IMG/VR virus record: IMGVR_UViG_3300032212_000090
Coordinates: 1-35,824 of that record
From: a virus
Lineage: Duplodnaviria; Caudoviricetes
Direction: 5' to 3' (one strand)
DNA: 35,824 nt
Positions 1 to 8,058 of the stretch are shown in pieces (position 1 is the stretch's first letter; every line of letters starts with the position of its first letter). Position numbers and translations under genes: made by a program. Under the pieces are notes generated by a model. The model saw only the letters and a list, made by a program, of their open reading frames with translations, was not told the DNA's origin and searched no databases.

Positions 1-229
1 CTAAACAAGCATTACAGAAGAAAACCACAATTAGCGACTCCATTGAGCTTAAAAAGGTAATTTTATTAGACAAATTGGTATTTATTAGACAGTGTTAGTA
101 ATGGCTATCGTGAATAGTGTTGAAAATGGGGTGGCTAAAGGGACTCGAACCCTCGACGACCGGAATCACAATCCTTGGGATATTCCAATAGAATCAATAG
201 TTTATTGCTTAATATTGTCTAATTAATAA
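1..229 (+). repeat. Terminal direct repeat (circular overlap), left copy
   Basis: Identical to 35596-35824 except T102 vs G35697. Confidence 0.97.
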
Positions 230-289
230 GACTCTTATAGAGTAATGATTACAACAACTTACAGAACCGTTAGACCTGTTTATTAGACA
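62..289. promoter_or_regulatory. attP arm-type integrase sites and IHF site
   Basis: TTTATTAGACA at 62-72, 81-91 and 279-289; variants at 216-225 (inverted) and 268-276; exact IHF consensus WATCAANNNNTTR (AATCAATAGTTTA) at 192-204. Confidence 0.8.
127..174 (-). other. attP core: 3' half of tRNA-His(GTG), not a complete tRNA
   Basis: Minus strand GGATTGTGATTCCGGTCGTCGAGGGTTCGAGTCCCTTTAGCCACCCCA gives anticodon loop GTG, T arm, acceptor strand and CCA; the 5' half is absent; lies just downstream of int on the circle. Confidence 0.93.
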
Positions 290-306
290 CTTTTAAGGGC
301 TGAACT

Positions 307-642
307 ATGAAATATATTTTACTGCTTTTACTCTCGTTTAACACCTATGCGTTATCAGAAAAGGAGCATCAAAGAGTAAATTGTAAAGGTGAAATGGAGG
401 TTAAAATTAAAGGTGGGAGAATCGATTGTTTAACAGAGTTATACGCAGTTGAGTACGACTTTGCGTATAAGTGGAAAAACGCAATTTCGCAATCAAGATG
501 GTACGCTCTACAAACTGGAAAGAGAGCAGGCATTGCTTTGATTTATAGAAAGCCATCAGATGAAACATATTTAGAATACTTAATCGAGTATCTGCATGGA
601 TATGATATTTATATTCGAGTTTGGATTGTAAAGGATTATTGA
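307..642 (+). CDS. Exported protein with restriction-endonuclease-like (PD-(D/E)xK) motifs; moron
   Basis: Signal peptide MKYILLLLLSFNTYA; motifs E..RIDCLT..AVEYD..AISQSRWY. Confidence 0.6.
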   Translation: MKYILLLLLSFNTYALSEKEHQRVNCKGEMEVKIKGGRIDCLTELYAVEYDFAYKWKNAISQSRWYALQTGKRAGIALIYRKPSDETYLEYLIEYLHGYDIYIRVWIVKDY

Positions 643-739
643 TTTGAAACAAGAAACGCACAATTAGTAATATTACCAAAATAACCCCTTGCGCTAGTAG
701 GGTATATTTGTCATATTATCCCAAATAAGGGGTTTTGGT

Positions 740-832
740 GTGTGCATCTATGCTTGTATAAGTTGTGTTCTTTTCGTTGCGTTGGTGGCGTTAATAGCGT
801 CTTACGGATACTTGTTTATTAAGAGTCCCTAA
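740..832 (+). CDS. Small hydrophobic membrane peptide, 30 aa (not in ORF track)
   Basis: GTG start, AAGGGG SD at 727-732; MCIYACISCVLFVALVALIASYGYLFIKSP. Confidence 0.45.
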   Translation: MCIYACISCVLFVALVALIASYGYLFIKSP

Positions 833-1608
833 AGCCAATCCCTCTTCAAGTAATCGAGAGAAAGTTCGACTAGACAGTAATCCCCGTCTTTTACTTCTGT
901 TTTATAAAGACACCCTCGCCAGTGATTATTTCCCTGATAGCCTTTGTAGCCTTCGTCATGCTCATAAAAAGAGCCTGCTACCGCCCCTCTAATGACTCGA
1001 CCATTAGTAAGGTATTTAGTGCCTATGTCTTTTCCTTGAACATGACCCATTGTAAAAGAATACCCTAGATTATTAATTTTAGTATGAACGGTTCCAGCAT
1101 AAGGTCTGCCTGTATTAGGATTATAGAAGTAATGAGCATAAGCTATCCCATCGATATAAACAGGGCTTAAGAAGTCGTGAACCTCCCAACCGAATCTATC
1201 TAATTCAAAATCATCATAAGAACACTTACCAAATAATTCAGGATTGGCGTTCACGTGCCTCATTATTCTTTCTTCATGGTTTCCGATAGTAAAAACCATT
1301 CGAGGTTTATATTGCTTTTCTTTGTATTTCTTTCTTTTATTATTGTAAGCAATAATCGGTTTTAACAAGGCTTCCATCCCTTCTAAACCTGCTTCTATGT
1401 CGTCTTGGTATCTTGCCCCTTCTGCTTTTTTAGTGCCTTTATCGTAGATAGATAAAGAGTGCATATCCCAATGATCGCCAGCATGTATTATTACTTCTGG
1501 CTTTTTATCGACTATATAATTCCCTGCCGCTGTTAAATGGTCGTAAGTTAAACCAGGCTTGCATTGAGTGTCGGGAATGAAAAAATGACGATTAAAGTTC
1601 AATGACAT
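829..1608 (-). CDS. Calcineurin-like metallophosphoesterase
   Basis: Motifs D-T-Q (DxH variant), GDHWD, GNHE, H, GHVQ. Confidence 0.9.
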   Translation of the reverse strand: MSLNFNRHFFIPDTQCKPGLTYDHLTAAGNYIVDKKPEVIIHAGDHWDMHSLSIYDKGTKKAEGARYQDDIEAGLEGMEALLKPIIAYNNKRKKYKEKQYKPRMVFTIGNHEERIMRHVNANPELFGKCSYDDFELDRFGWEVHDFLSPVYIDGIAYAHYFYNPNTGRPYAGTVHTKINNLGYSFTMGHVQGKDIGTKYLTNGRVIRGAVAGSFYEHDEGYKGYQGNNHWRGCLYKTEVKDGDYCLVELSLDYLKRDWL

Positions 1609-1993
1609 CTATACGCCCTCCAGTGTATAAATCCCTTTTCCTTGCTGCTTTAATAGATTCTTTTAAAGTAAATCCTGAATCTAAAGCGGATAAAGCATAA
1701 GGCGCACCACTACCAATCGAATAATATTCTTCTTCATGTTTTATAGGGTGCTCTGATTCATAAGTGAAAATGCCATCTTTAGTAAGGACTAAAGCGGTAG
1801 ACTCTCCCATGTCTAAATCAGAGTCTTGGTCTTGATACCAGACAATAAATTTACTTAAATCTTCTGCGTCACCTGCTACGCCTATAATACAATCACCTAA
1901 ATGTTTTATTTTAATTATATAGGTCTTTATTCCATCATCATCACAAAGCCTATCGGCTGCCATTTCTGTTAAAGAGCATACGATAGTAGTCAA
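1592..1993 (-). CDS. Minimal proteasome-beta/HslV-like Ntn hydrolase
   Basis: TTG start overlapping the upstream TGA gives M-T-T-I; AAD, K, GVAG, IGSG and RDLYTGG motifs in canonical order. Confidence 0.85.
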   Translation of the reverse strand: MTTIVCSLTEMAADRLCDDDGIKTYIIKIKHLGDCIIGVAGDAEDLSKFIVWYQDQDSDLDMGESTALVLTKDGIFTYESEHPIKHEEEYYSIGSGAPYALSALDSGFTLKESIKAARKRDLYTGGRIDVIEL

Positions 1994-2178
1994 GAGCATG
2001 TACCTGATATGGGTGTTTCTATTACTTTATCGGCGCTCTTAAATAGGTCTAGCATATAGGTCTGTGCTTCCAATGTTTGAATTTCACCAACAGGAAAATA
2101 AAGTTCTTTGTCTTCACTGATCAAAACAATATCGTGAGGCTGTCCACATAAAGACAGAATCACAATAATAAGTTTCAC
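1990..2178 (-). CDS. Hypothetical protein
   Basis: ATGA/TTGA coupled to both neighbours; hydrophobic N-terminus. Confidence 0.65.
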   Translation of the reverse strand: MKLIIVILSLCGQPHDIVLISEDKELYFPVGEIQTLEAQTYMLDLFKSADKVIETPISGTCS

Positions 2179-2414
2179 TGGGTAGCCTCTAATATTGAAC
2201 GATGCTCTTTAATAGAGCCTCTGCACATTTGGTCTTTAATGGCTAATTTTTTAATAATAGGTAAGCACTTAGTACATTCTTTTAAAGTGTCGAGTTCTTG
2301 TTGTGAGAATGTAGGGTAATCAGGTAATTCAGGAAGGGGTAGTTTTACAGGAGTCGTACAACTAGCTATCATTAAAACTAGAAAAATCGTTATCATCAAG
2401 TTTAGCTTTGACAT
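2175..2414 (-). CDS. o-spanin (Rz1-like lipoprotein)
   Basis: AAGGAGG SD, lipobox IAS-C, Pro-rich segment, extra Cys; overlaps end of the i-spanin. Confidence 0.8.
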   Translation of the reverse strand: MSKLNLMITIFLVLMIASCTTPVKLPLPELPDYPTFSQQELDTLKECTKCLPIIKKLAIKDQMCRGSIKEHRSILEATQ

Positions 2415-2598
2415 TTTTTAGATCCTCCTTGTTTTCTTTTTGTGTTTTAATTAGATTCTCAAAAGATTTAGATCGTGTTTCTTCTGCTTTAGCTTTAAAT
2501 TGATCTTTAGCTTTAGAAAAACCCATGTAAAACACCTTTAAAAAGGCTACTAAAACAGCCGCGCCTATAATGAGGTATTGTTGTAGTTTACTGAGCAT
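2362..2598 (-). CDS. i-spanin (Rz-like)
   Basis: N-terminal TM helix followed by coiled coil; downstream of endolysin. Confidence 0.75.
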   Translation of the reverse strand: MLSKLQQYLIIGAAVLVAFLKVFYMGFSKAKDQFKAKAEETRSKSFENLIKTQKENKEDLKNVKAKLDDNDFSSFNDS

Positions 2599-2752
2599 CA
2601 CGAATACCAAGTATTCCCAATCCGTTTAAAAGCATGGCATAGCCAAAATCTTGATTGCCTTTATAGATAAGGTAAGCACCAAAACCAACAAGCCCAAGAC
2701 CTGCTATCATGCCTTTACTTTTTAAAACTTCATTAACTGGTCTATTAAACAT
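2588..2752 (-). CDS. Putative holin, 54 aa (not in ORF track)
   Basis: MFNRPVNEVLKSKGMIAGLGLVGFGAYLIYKGNQDFGYAMLLNGLGILGIRDAQ; two hydrophobic segments; fills gap between endolysin and i-spanin. Confidence 0.7.
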   Translation of the reverse strand: MFNRPVNEVLKSKGMIAGLGLVGFGAYLIYKGNQDFGYAMLLNGLGILGIRDAQ

Positions 2753-3149
2753 GTTCGCCTGTCTCCATCATTGTTGATAAATCTACTGCTCTACGTCCTA
2801 CTTGTTCAGCCCATTTTGAATCTAACATCTGATTAGCCGCCTCTAAGAAGTCATCGTTTTGAATGGCTTTAATCATCTTTTTAAATCTTTTAAATCTCGT
2901 TATACCTAAGTTGAAAATCATGTCTTGTATAACTATTTGGCGTACTTCGTTAAGATAATGAAACCATGAAAAAGACTGAGCTTGTTGCTTTACTTCTTTT
3001 AAATCTTCATCAAGAATAAACATTGCGGTTTCGTATGAAATACCTCTTTCAAGGTTGTGCCCTACTCCTACCGTGAGAATCCCTAGAGAGTCCTCATAAG
3101 GTTGAAGCTCTAAACCTTCATGCTTAACAATAATGTCCTTGAGGTTCAT
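2745..3149 (-). CDS. Endolysin, T4-lysozyme-like (GH24)
   Basis: HEG..YEDSLGILTVGVGH gives the E-x8-D-x5-T triad; FNLG and SKWAEQVGRRA motifs. Confidence 0.93.
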   Translation of the reverse strand: MNLKDIIVKHEGLELQPYEDSLGILTVGVGHNLERGISYETAMFILDEDLKEVKQQAQSFSWFHYLNEVRQIVIQDMIFNLGITRFKRFKKMIKAIQNDDFLEAANQMLDSKWAEQVGRRAVDLSTMMETGEHV

Positions 3150-3439
3150 TTATTCACAATCCCGTCAATCCGTTTATGTATCTCTCTTATGTCTAATCGT
3201 GTTTGTGTGTGCATTACATTCATATCGTCTTTAATATCCTTAAACCCATCTTTTATAGAATCATTAAAGGTATCGATTGTTTTATTTAACTGGCTCTCAT
3301 GTACGGTTGTTTCTTCTAGCTTGTCTATTCTTGAAACTTGTCTTTTTAAGTTCCACCCAAAAAAACCAAGCGTGGCAACAATTAAATATTTAATTAAATC
3401 CCATACTTCCTTAGCAAATGTGATTGTGCTGTCAGGCAT
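3146..3439 (-). CDS. Single-TM coiled-coil protein (holin/antiholin-like)
   Basis: One N-terminal TM helix plus coiled coil, directly before endolysin. Confidence 0.6.
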   Translation of the reverse strand: MPDSTITFAKEVWDLIKYLIVATLGFFGWNLKRQVSRIDKLEETTVHESQLNKTIDTFNDSIKDGFKDIKDDMNVMHTQTRLDIREIHKRIDGIVNK

Positions 3440-3740
3440 ACATACTCCATGTTTGATAAATAGTTAGACCTAACCACAAAGCAGAAAAAGCATGACCAAC
3501 TGGATTATTTTTATTAACGAAGTATTTGTAGTAAGAAAAAGGACTAGTAGAAAGAACGGCAAAAGTAGCAAAACCAATAAACGGAGAATGCCATTTACCT
3601 AATCTCATCATGTTAAAAGCTAATTTAGAGTCGCGTTTAAACTTGTGTTTATACGTTCTAGCCTCTTCATAATCTAGATCGTGTATCGCACAAGCAGGGG
3701 CATAACCAAGTTGATCTAATCCAGGGAAAGAGCAAACCAT
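3432..3740 (-). CDS. Phospholipase A2-like/DUF1353-like membrane protein
   Basis: CAIHDLDY..RD motif; hydrophobic C-terminal segments; GAGG SD. Confidence 0.55.
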   Translation of the reverse strand: MVCSFPGLDQLGYAPACAIHDLDYEEARTYKHKFKRDSKLAFNMMRLGKWHSPFIGFATFAVLSTSPFSYYKYFVNKNNPVGHAFSALWLGLTIYQTWSMYA

Positions 3741-3942
3741 GTATATATCCTCATTAATTGCCCATATAAGCTGTTTTAAGGCTTTTTCAGGCGTTTTATT
3801 GTTAATCTGCCGTAATGTATATAATTGCTATTTAAAGCCTTTAGATAGCTTAAAATAGCCCTAACTGAGTATTTAGGGGTAATAATAGGTAAAATCATTC
3901 CTTATATATGATAAGGTGGATAACCTGTGGATTAGTTATTGT

Positions 3943-3971
3943 TTGACTTTAGGTTTTCCAATAGCTAAAGT
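3943..3971 (+). promoter_or_regulatory. Sigma70 promoter of lipoprotein moron
   Basis: TTGACT-N17-TAAAGT; ATG follows after 6 nt. Confidence 0.7.
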
Positions 3972-3977
3972 TTGGGA

Positions 3978-4397
3978 ATGAAGATTACTTTATTAATTCT
4001 TGCGGCTTTTTTATTTGGGTGTAACACTCAATTGATTAAGCCTGATGACTCTCTCCCCGTTAAGTCAAGTAGTCTTATCGAGACAAGAGGAATTATGGTA
4101 TTTAGCTTGGCTACTTTCGGTTGGAAACATTATGACAAAGGTGAAGGCCATCTTATAGCGACCAAGCACCATGTTTCGCATGGTAGTCATGCAAATCTAG
4201 TTTCTGGCGGCACATCTTATATATCAATTAAGCGTATGGCTCAAATCGATATTTTTTACGACTCTAACAGTTACCGCATAAAATATAGAGACAGTAAAAA
4301 CTTAGGGCATAAGGGGAATAAGATTCATAAGCTCTATAACAAATGGATTGATGAGTTAAATGCTTCTATCGCTGTAAGTAATAAGGGGTCTAGTTAG
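3978..4397 (+). CDS. Lipoprotein moron (possible superinfection exclusion)
   Basis: Lipobox LFG-C; opposite strand to late genes; own promoter. Confidence 0.8.
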   Translation: MKITLLILAAFLFGCNTQLIKPDDSLPVKSSSLIETRGIMVFSLATFGWKHYDKGEGHLIATKHHVSHGSHANLVSGGTSYISIKRMAQIDIFYDSNSYRIKYRDSKNLGHKGNKIHKLYNKWIDELNASIAVSNKGSS

Positions 4398-4471
4398 TGG
4401 ACGCCTTAACCGCTATAGGTGTATGCATAATTATTTATTGGGTGTTCTCACTCATCGTCAGCAGGTGGTAG
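4397..4471 (+). CDS. Small membrane peptide, 24 aa (not in ORF track)
   Basis: TAGTG stop/start overlap, AAGGGG SD; MDALTAIGVCIIIYWVFSLIVSRW. Confidence 0.5.
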   Translation: MDALTAIGVCIIIYWVFSLIVSRW

Positions 4472-5908
4472 TCTACCCGTCTGCCATAAGCCCTGTTGAA
4501 CTAAAGTAGGGATTAATTCTTGATTGATTAAAGTCCCTAGTCCAGCGTCTTGTAATTCTTTTAATTGAACGGCAATCCTAGCTTTTACTTTTGGATGCTC
4601 AAGCATAGACATAAATGTTCCGCCTGCTGCACCAACTGCGCCGGCCGCCGTGCCGCCTGCCGCTATTTTAACTGGGGCATCAATCCCGATAATATTTCTA
4701 TTTTCGATTCGGCCTGCACTTCTTGATATTGGATCTCTAAGCTCCAATAGTTCACCCATATCTTTATTTAAAGCCTTAACGTCTGCAACTTCTTCTATGG
4801 ATTCTTTGGCGGCTCTAGCCATTGCTTTTTGAGCTTCTTGCGTTCCTTTTTTCGCTTGAAGCTGTTTAGCGTCAAAATTTATAGCTTTATAGGTATCCGT
4901 TTTAAACTCTTGCAGCTCTGATGGCGTAAAGGAATTTTTCTTAGTTTTTCTTAGGTGTTGGTCAAATTCTTTTGCAACGTTATCGATTTGCTTGAGGTTC
5001 TTATTCGCGTTTAATTTGCCGCCACCTAACTCTTTTCGCACTTTGTTGAGATGTCTAAATATTGCGCTTCTAGGTATTCTTTTCCCTGACGCTGTCGCCT
5101 CATCAATAAGGGTGTTTACTTTTCCATCGATGCTACTAATCAAATCATTTACTTTGTCTACACCTACAGAAGTAGGCAGCACTTTATGTTTTAAAGCTGT
5201 GTCGGCTAGAGCTTGTCTTTTTGACTTTGGCAGAGTTGTTGAGAACTTAGCGGAGCTTTCATATAGTGATCTAGGTAAATTTTTTGATAGTGCTTTTGCG
5301 TAAGCTGTTTTTGTTGCGCCTTTTACCATGTTAATTGGATCAATTGCCATACCCGCTTTACCTAATAATCCAGCTTTAGGTATAAGTGTAGAGCCACCCA
5401 TTAGCACTGCTGATGCGTCACCTAGTAAGCCTACAGGATCTTTCATGGCTGTATTTTTAAACTTATCCATAGACCCATATCGATCTTTGAAGAAGCCCCC
5501 AACTTGGTCTGCATACTTTTCGTTAGGGTAAGTTAGTTCACTTTTATCTTGCGGAGGCCTAGCTAACGGAACGCCTTGATCAGCTATAAAATTTGTAAGC
5601 CCACCTACTGACTTTATAGCGTCACCTGGGATATTCTCATTTATCGCGCGAGTTAATTTTTCAGCACCGCCAGAAGCGAGACTTAAAAGCCCTTTTGCGC
5701 TATCAATAGGATTCATAACTGCTGTCGCTATATCGTCCACATATTTATATGCGCTCGATGGGATATTGCTAACCATTTCACCTACAGAAAAATCAGTATT
5801 AGGCGGTAATTCTTTCTTAACGGGAGTCCACTTATTATTTTTTAATATTATTTGTTGACCGTAATCGTCCTCTAGGACATCACCTTCTTTGTAGTTTTCA
5901 TCAGACAT
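4448..5908 (-). CDS. Internal virion/ejection protein
   Basis: Large, Ala/Gly/Lys-rich, hydrophobic patches; last gene of podovirus tail block. Confidence 0.65.
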   Translation of the reverse strand: MSDENYKEGDVLEDDYGQQIILKNNKWTPVKKELPPNTDFSVGEMVSNIPSSAYKYVDDIATAVMNPIDSAKGLLSLASGGAEKLTRAINENIPGDAIKSVGGLTNFIADQGVPLARPPQDKSELTYPNEKYADQVGGFFKDRYGSMDKFKNTAMKDPVGLLGDASAVLMGGSTLIPKAGLLGKAGMAIDPINMVKGATKTAYAKALSKNLPRSLYESSAKFSTTLPKSKRQALADTALKHKVLPTSVGVDKVNDLISSIDGKVNTLIDEATASGKRIPRSAIFRHLNKVRKELGGGKLNANKNLKQIDNVAKEFDQHLRKTKKNSFTPSELQEFKTDTYKAINFDAKQLQAKKGTQEAQKAMARAAKESIEEVADVKALNKDMGELLELRDPISRSAGRIENRNIIGIDAPVKIAAGGTAAGAVGAAGGTFMSMLEHPKVKARIAVQLKELQDAGLGTLINQELIPTLVQQGLWQTGRLPPADDE

Positions 5909-6921
5909 TACTTAACCTTCTTTTTGAATCCGACTGGAGGGGGCGGGGTAAAATATAGCGGTTCTAGTTTTTTATTGCTTAATCCTAAACCCATTAAGGT
6001 GTTGGTCTCATCAAACCCTAAGCTTTCAGCCTTTGATTTAAACTGACCTATCTGTCTGACTGCTTTTTTAGATCTAGCCTCATATAAACCATGTAGTGTT
6101 TTAGCCATAGCATTTCTTGATCTAACGTCCAAACCTTCTCCTCTCAATGCTTTATTAAACAATATCGTCATTTTTGAGGATAAGCCGGATGCGTCTGTCA
6201 CTTGATCGTATTCCCCTTCCCTTACAACAGAATTAGGGTCTAGTGTTTTCATAAACTGGATAACAGAAGCGACCATATCCATACCAGTCTCACCAGACAA
6301 AGCAGATCGCGCTCCCATATAAGCATCTTGCACCGCACTAAACGGCGCTAAATTCTTTTGGTAGTTATCAGTTAGCGCTTTTTGAGCATCTAAATACTCT
6401 TTATAGCTTTTGAAGTCTTTATATCTACTGGCCTTGCTTTGATCTATTTTTGTTGCTCCGACAGGAATAGGCGGGGCAGTTGGATTCATTGGGTTAATAA
6501 ACCCCTTTTGTGGCTGTCCCGCTTTATTGTAATACTCAACAAACTTCATGTTATTAGCTTGCGTCCTAGGGCTTAATAATCCTTTTGTTAATTCCGACCC
6601 TAACTGCTCATAGCCTGGAGTAGATAACAAGCCTGTAGCAAATTCACTTGGTTTTATTTTGCCACCTAAAAGGCCAGTTGCTTTCTGGGTAACAGTTTGC
6701 AATCCAGGTATAGGCGCTTCACCAGGGAATAAGTCACCTTCTTGAATACTACCATTAGGCTGCAAGCCGCCTTGATTAAATGGCTGCGTTTTTTGAATTT
6801 GACCAACTCGATTTTTTACCTCTTGTCGCCCCCAATCTCTTTGGCGTGAAGGAATACTTTGAAACAGTGATTGGAAAAACCCTGTATTATCTGCTGTCGG
6901 CATATCGCCATGTTTAGGCAT
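5908..6921 (-). CDS. Internal virion/ejection protein
   Basis: Position; FMKTLDPNSVVREGE motif seen in phage ejection proteins. Confidence 0.65.
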   Translation of the reverse strand: MPKHGDMPTADNTGFFQSLFQSIPSRQRDWGRQEVKNRVGQIQKTQPFNQGGLQPNGSIQEGDLFPGEAPIPGLQTVTQKATGLLGGKIKPSEFATGLLSTPGYEQLGSELTKGLLSPRTQANNMKFVEYYNKAGQPQKGFINPMNPTAPPIPVGATKIDQSKASRYKDFKSYKEYLDAQKALTDNYQKNLAPFSAVQDAYMGARSALSGETGMDMVASVIQFMKTLDPNSVVREGEYDQVTDASGLSSKMTILFNKALRGEGLDVRSRNAMAKTLHGLYEARSKKAVRQIGQFKSKAESLGFDETNTLMGLGLSNKKLEPLYFTPPPPVGFKKKVK

Positions 6922-7318
6922 TATTAAACCCCTTGTAATAGTTCTGCAAGTTTTTCATTCTCATATTGTGCGCCGCCCCCAAATTAAAAGATGAATCTAT
7001 ATCACCCATTGGCTGTATAACAGACATATCTGGTTTTCGAGAGTCTACCCATCTTTTGTCGAAGGCCATTGCATTTCGTTGACTAATTTTATCTTGCTCT
7101 TGCTCATACAAAGCTACTTGGTTTGCCATGTCTACAGCTTGTTGGTCTTGGGAAAAAATATTAGCTTGGTTGTCGTAGTTAGATAACATGCTATTCAATG
7201 GACTTAATTGTTGTGGTGCAGGCTGCTGCGGGTAAGTAGGCTGCTGGTAATTGAATAAACCTATATTTTGTTGACCACTTAAGTAAGGGTTATAGAAAAG
7301 ACCTTGATAATTATTCAT
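6914..7318 (-). CDS. Putative ejection protein (Q/N-rich)
   Basis: Start reassigned to ATG at 7318 (TAATG overlap, GGAG-like context). Confidence 0.55.
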   Translation of the reverse strand: MNNYQGLFYNPYLSGQQNIGLFNYQQPTYPQQPAPQQLSPLNSMLSNYDNQANIFSQDQQAVDMANQVALYEQEQDKISQRNAMAFDKRWVDSRKPDMSVIQPMGDIDSSFNLGAAHNMRMKNLQNYYKGFNNA

Positions 7319-8058
7319 TAGCCGCCCATACCAGTCAATGAAGCTGAGGTTCCCCATCCTTTGCCTGCGCTGTAGCCTGTAGAACTTCCAAGCGTTGTAG
7401 GTGCACCAACAATTTGTTGATAACGAGATAAGTTATTCCAGGGGCTATCCATCATTTGTTGCTGCAAGCCTTGATATTGACCACCGATATTTTGCATAAC
7501 ATTCGATCCAAATAATCCCATGTTCTGAACAGTAGGTGCAGCGTTAATACTTTGCATCATTGTGTTTAAACCTGTGTTGTAACCTTGATTCGCCATGTTA
7601 GAAGTAATATCTCCGACAGAATCCATGTAAGACCTTCCAGCAATACCATCCGCTATACCGTGACGACTAGATCCGTATTGCCCTGCTGCTAGAGCCTGAT
7701 CTTCATTACCGCTTAAAACATTTTCTTGAAAATTTTGCGTGAGAGGTCGAATAGCTGCATTCATTGCGCTTTGCAAGTAAGGGTTTTGATTAACATCTGC
7801 CGCATTTAAACCAAAGTTTAAAGCGTTGCTAGTGTTGTCTGTTATTTGCTGGCCTCCGCTTGTCGCGTAATCTGCTGCCATGCCTTGTCCTATTTGCTGC
7901 GCTGAGTTAAAGCCTGCAACTGACTGTGATGGACTGCGACTAGATAGCCCTTGAGCTTTAGAGTACATATCCTGTAAATATGGTGATTGCTTATTCCATA
8001 CATTGTCTTCACTGCTTCTGCTTGCTGATGATCTGTTTTCGTTATACGCAAAACTCAT
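7318..8058 (-). CDS. DNA pilot/ejection protein
   Basis: G/A/Q/N/S-rich, AGQYGSSR motif, position after tail genes. Confidence 0.65.
   Translation of the reverse strand: MSFAYNENRSSASRSSEDNVWNKQSPYLQDMYSKAQGLSSRSPSQSVAGFNSAQQIGQGMAADYATSGGQQITDNTSNALNFGLNAADVNQNPYLQSAMNAAIRPLTQNFQENVLSGNEDQALAAGQYGSSRHGIADGIAGRSYMDSVGDITSNMANQGYNTGLNTMMQSINAAPTVQNMGLFGSNVMQNIGGQYQGLQQQMMDSPWNNLSRYQQIVGAPTTLGSSTGYSAGKGWGTSASLTGMGG

Noticed and set aside
127-174. Functional phage tRNA-His gene
   Set aside because: The 5' acceptor strand and D arm are missing; it is the att core only
407-679. Minus-strand 90-aa ORF
   Set aside because: Antisense to the better supported 307-642 gene; no motif
4448-5908. Tape measure protein
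   Set aside because: No tail tube or chaperone genes; context is a podovirus ejection block
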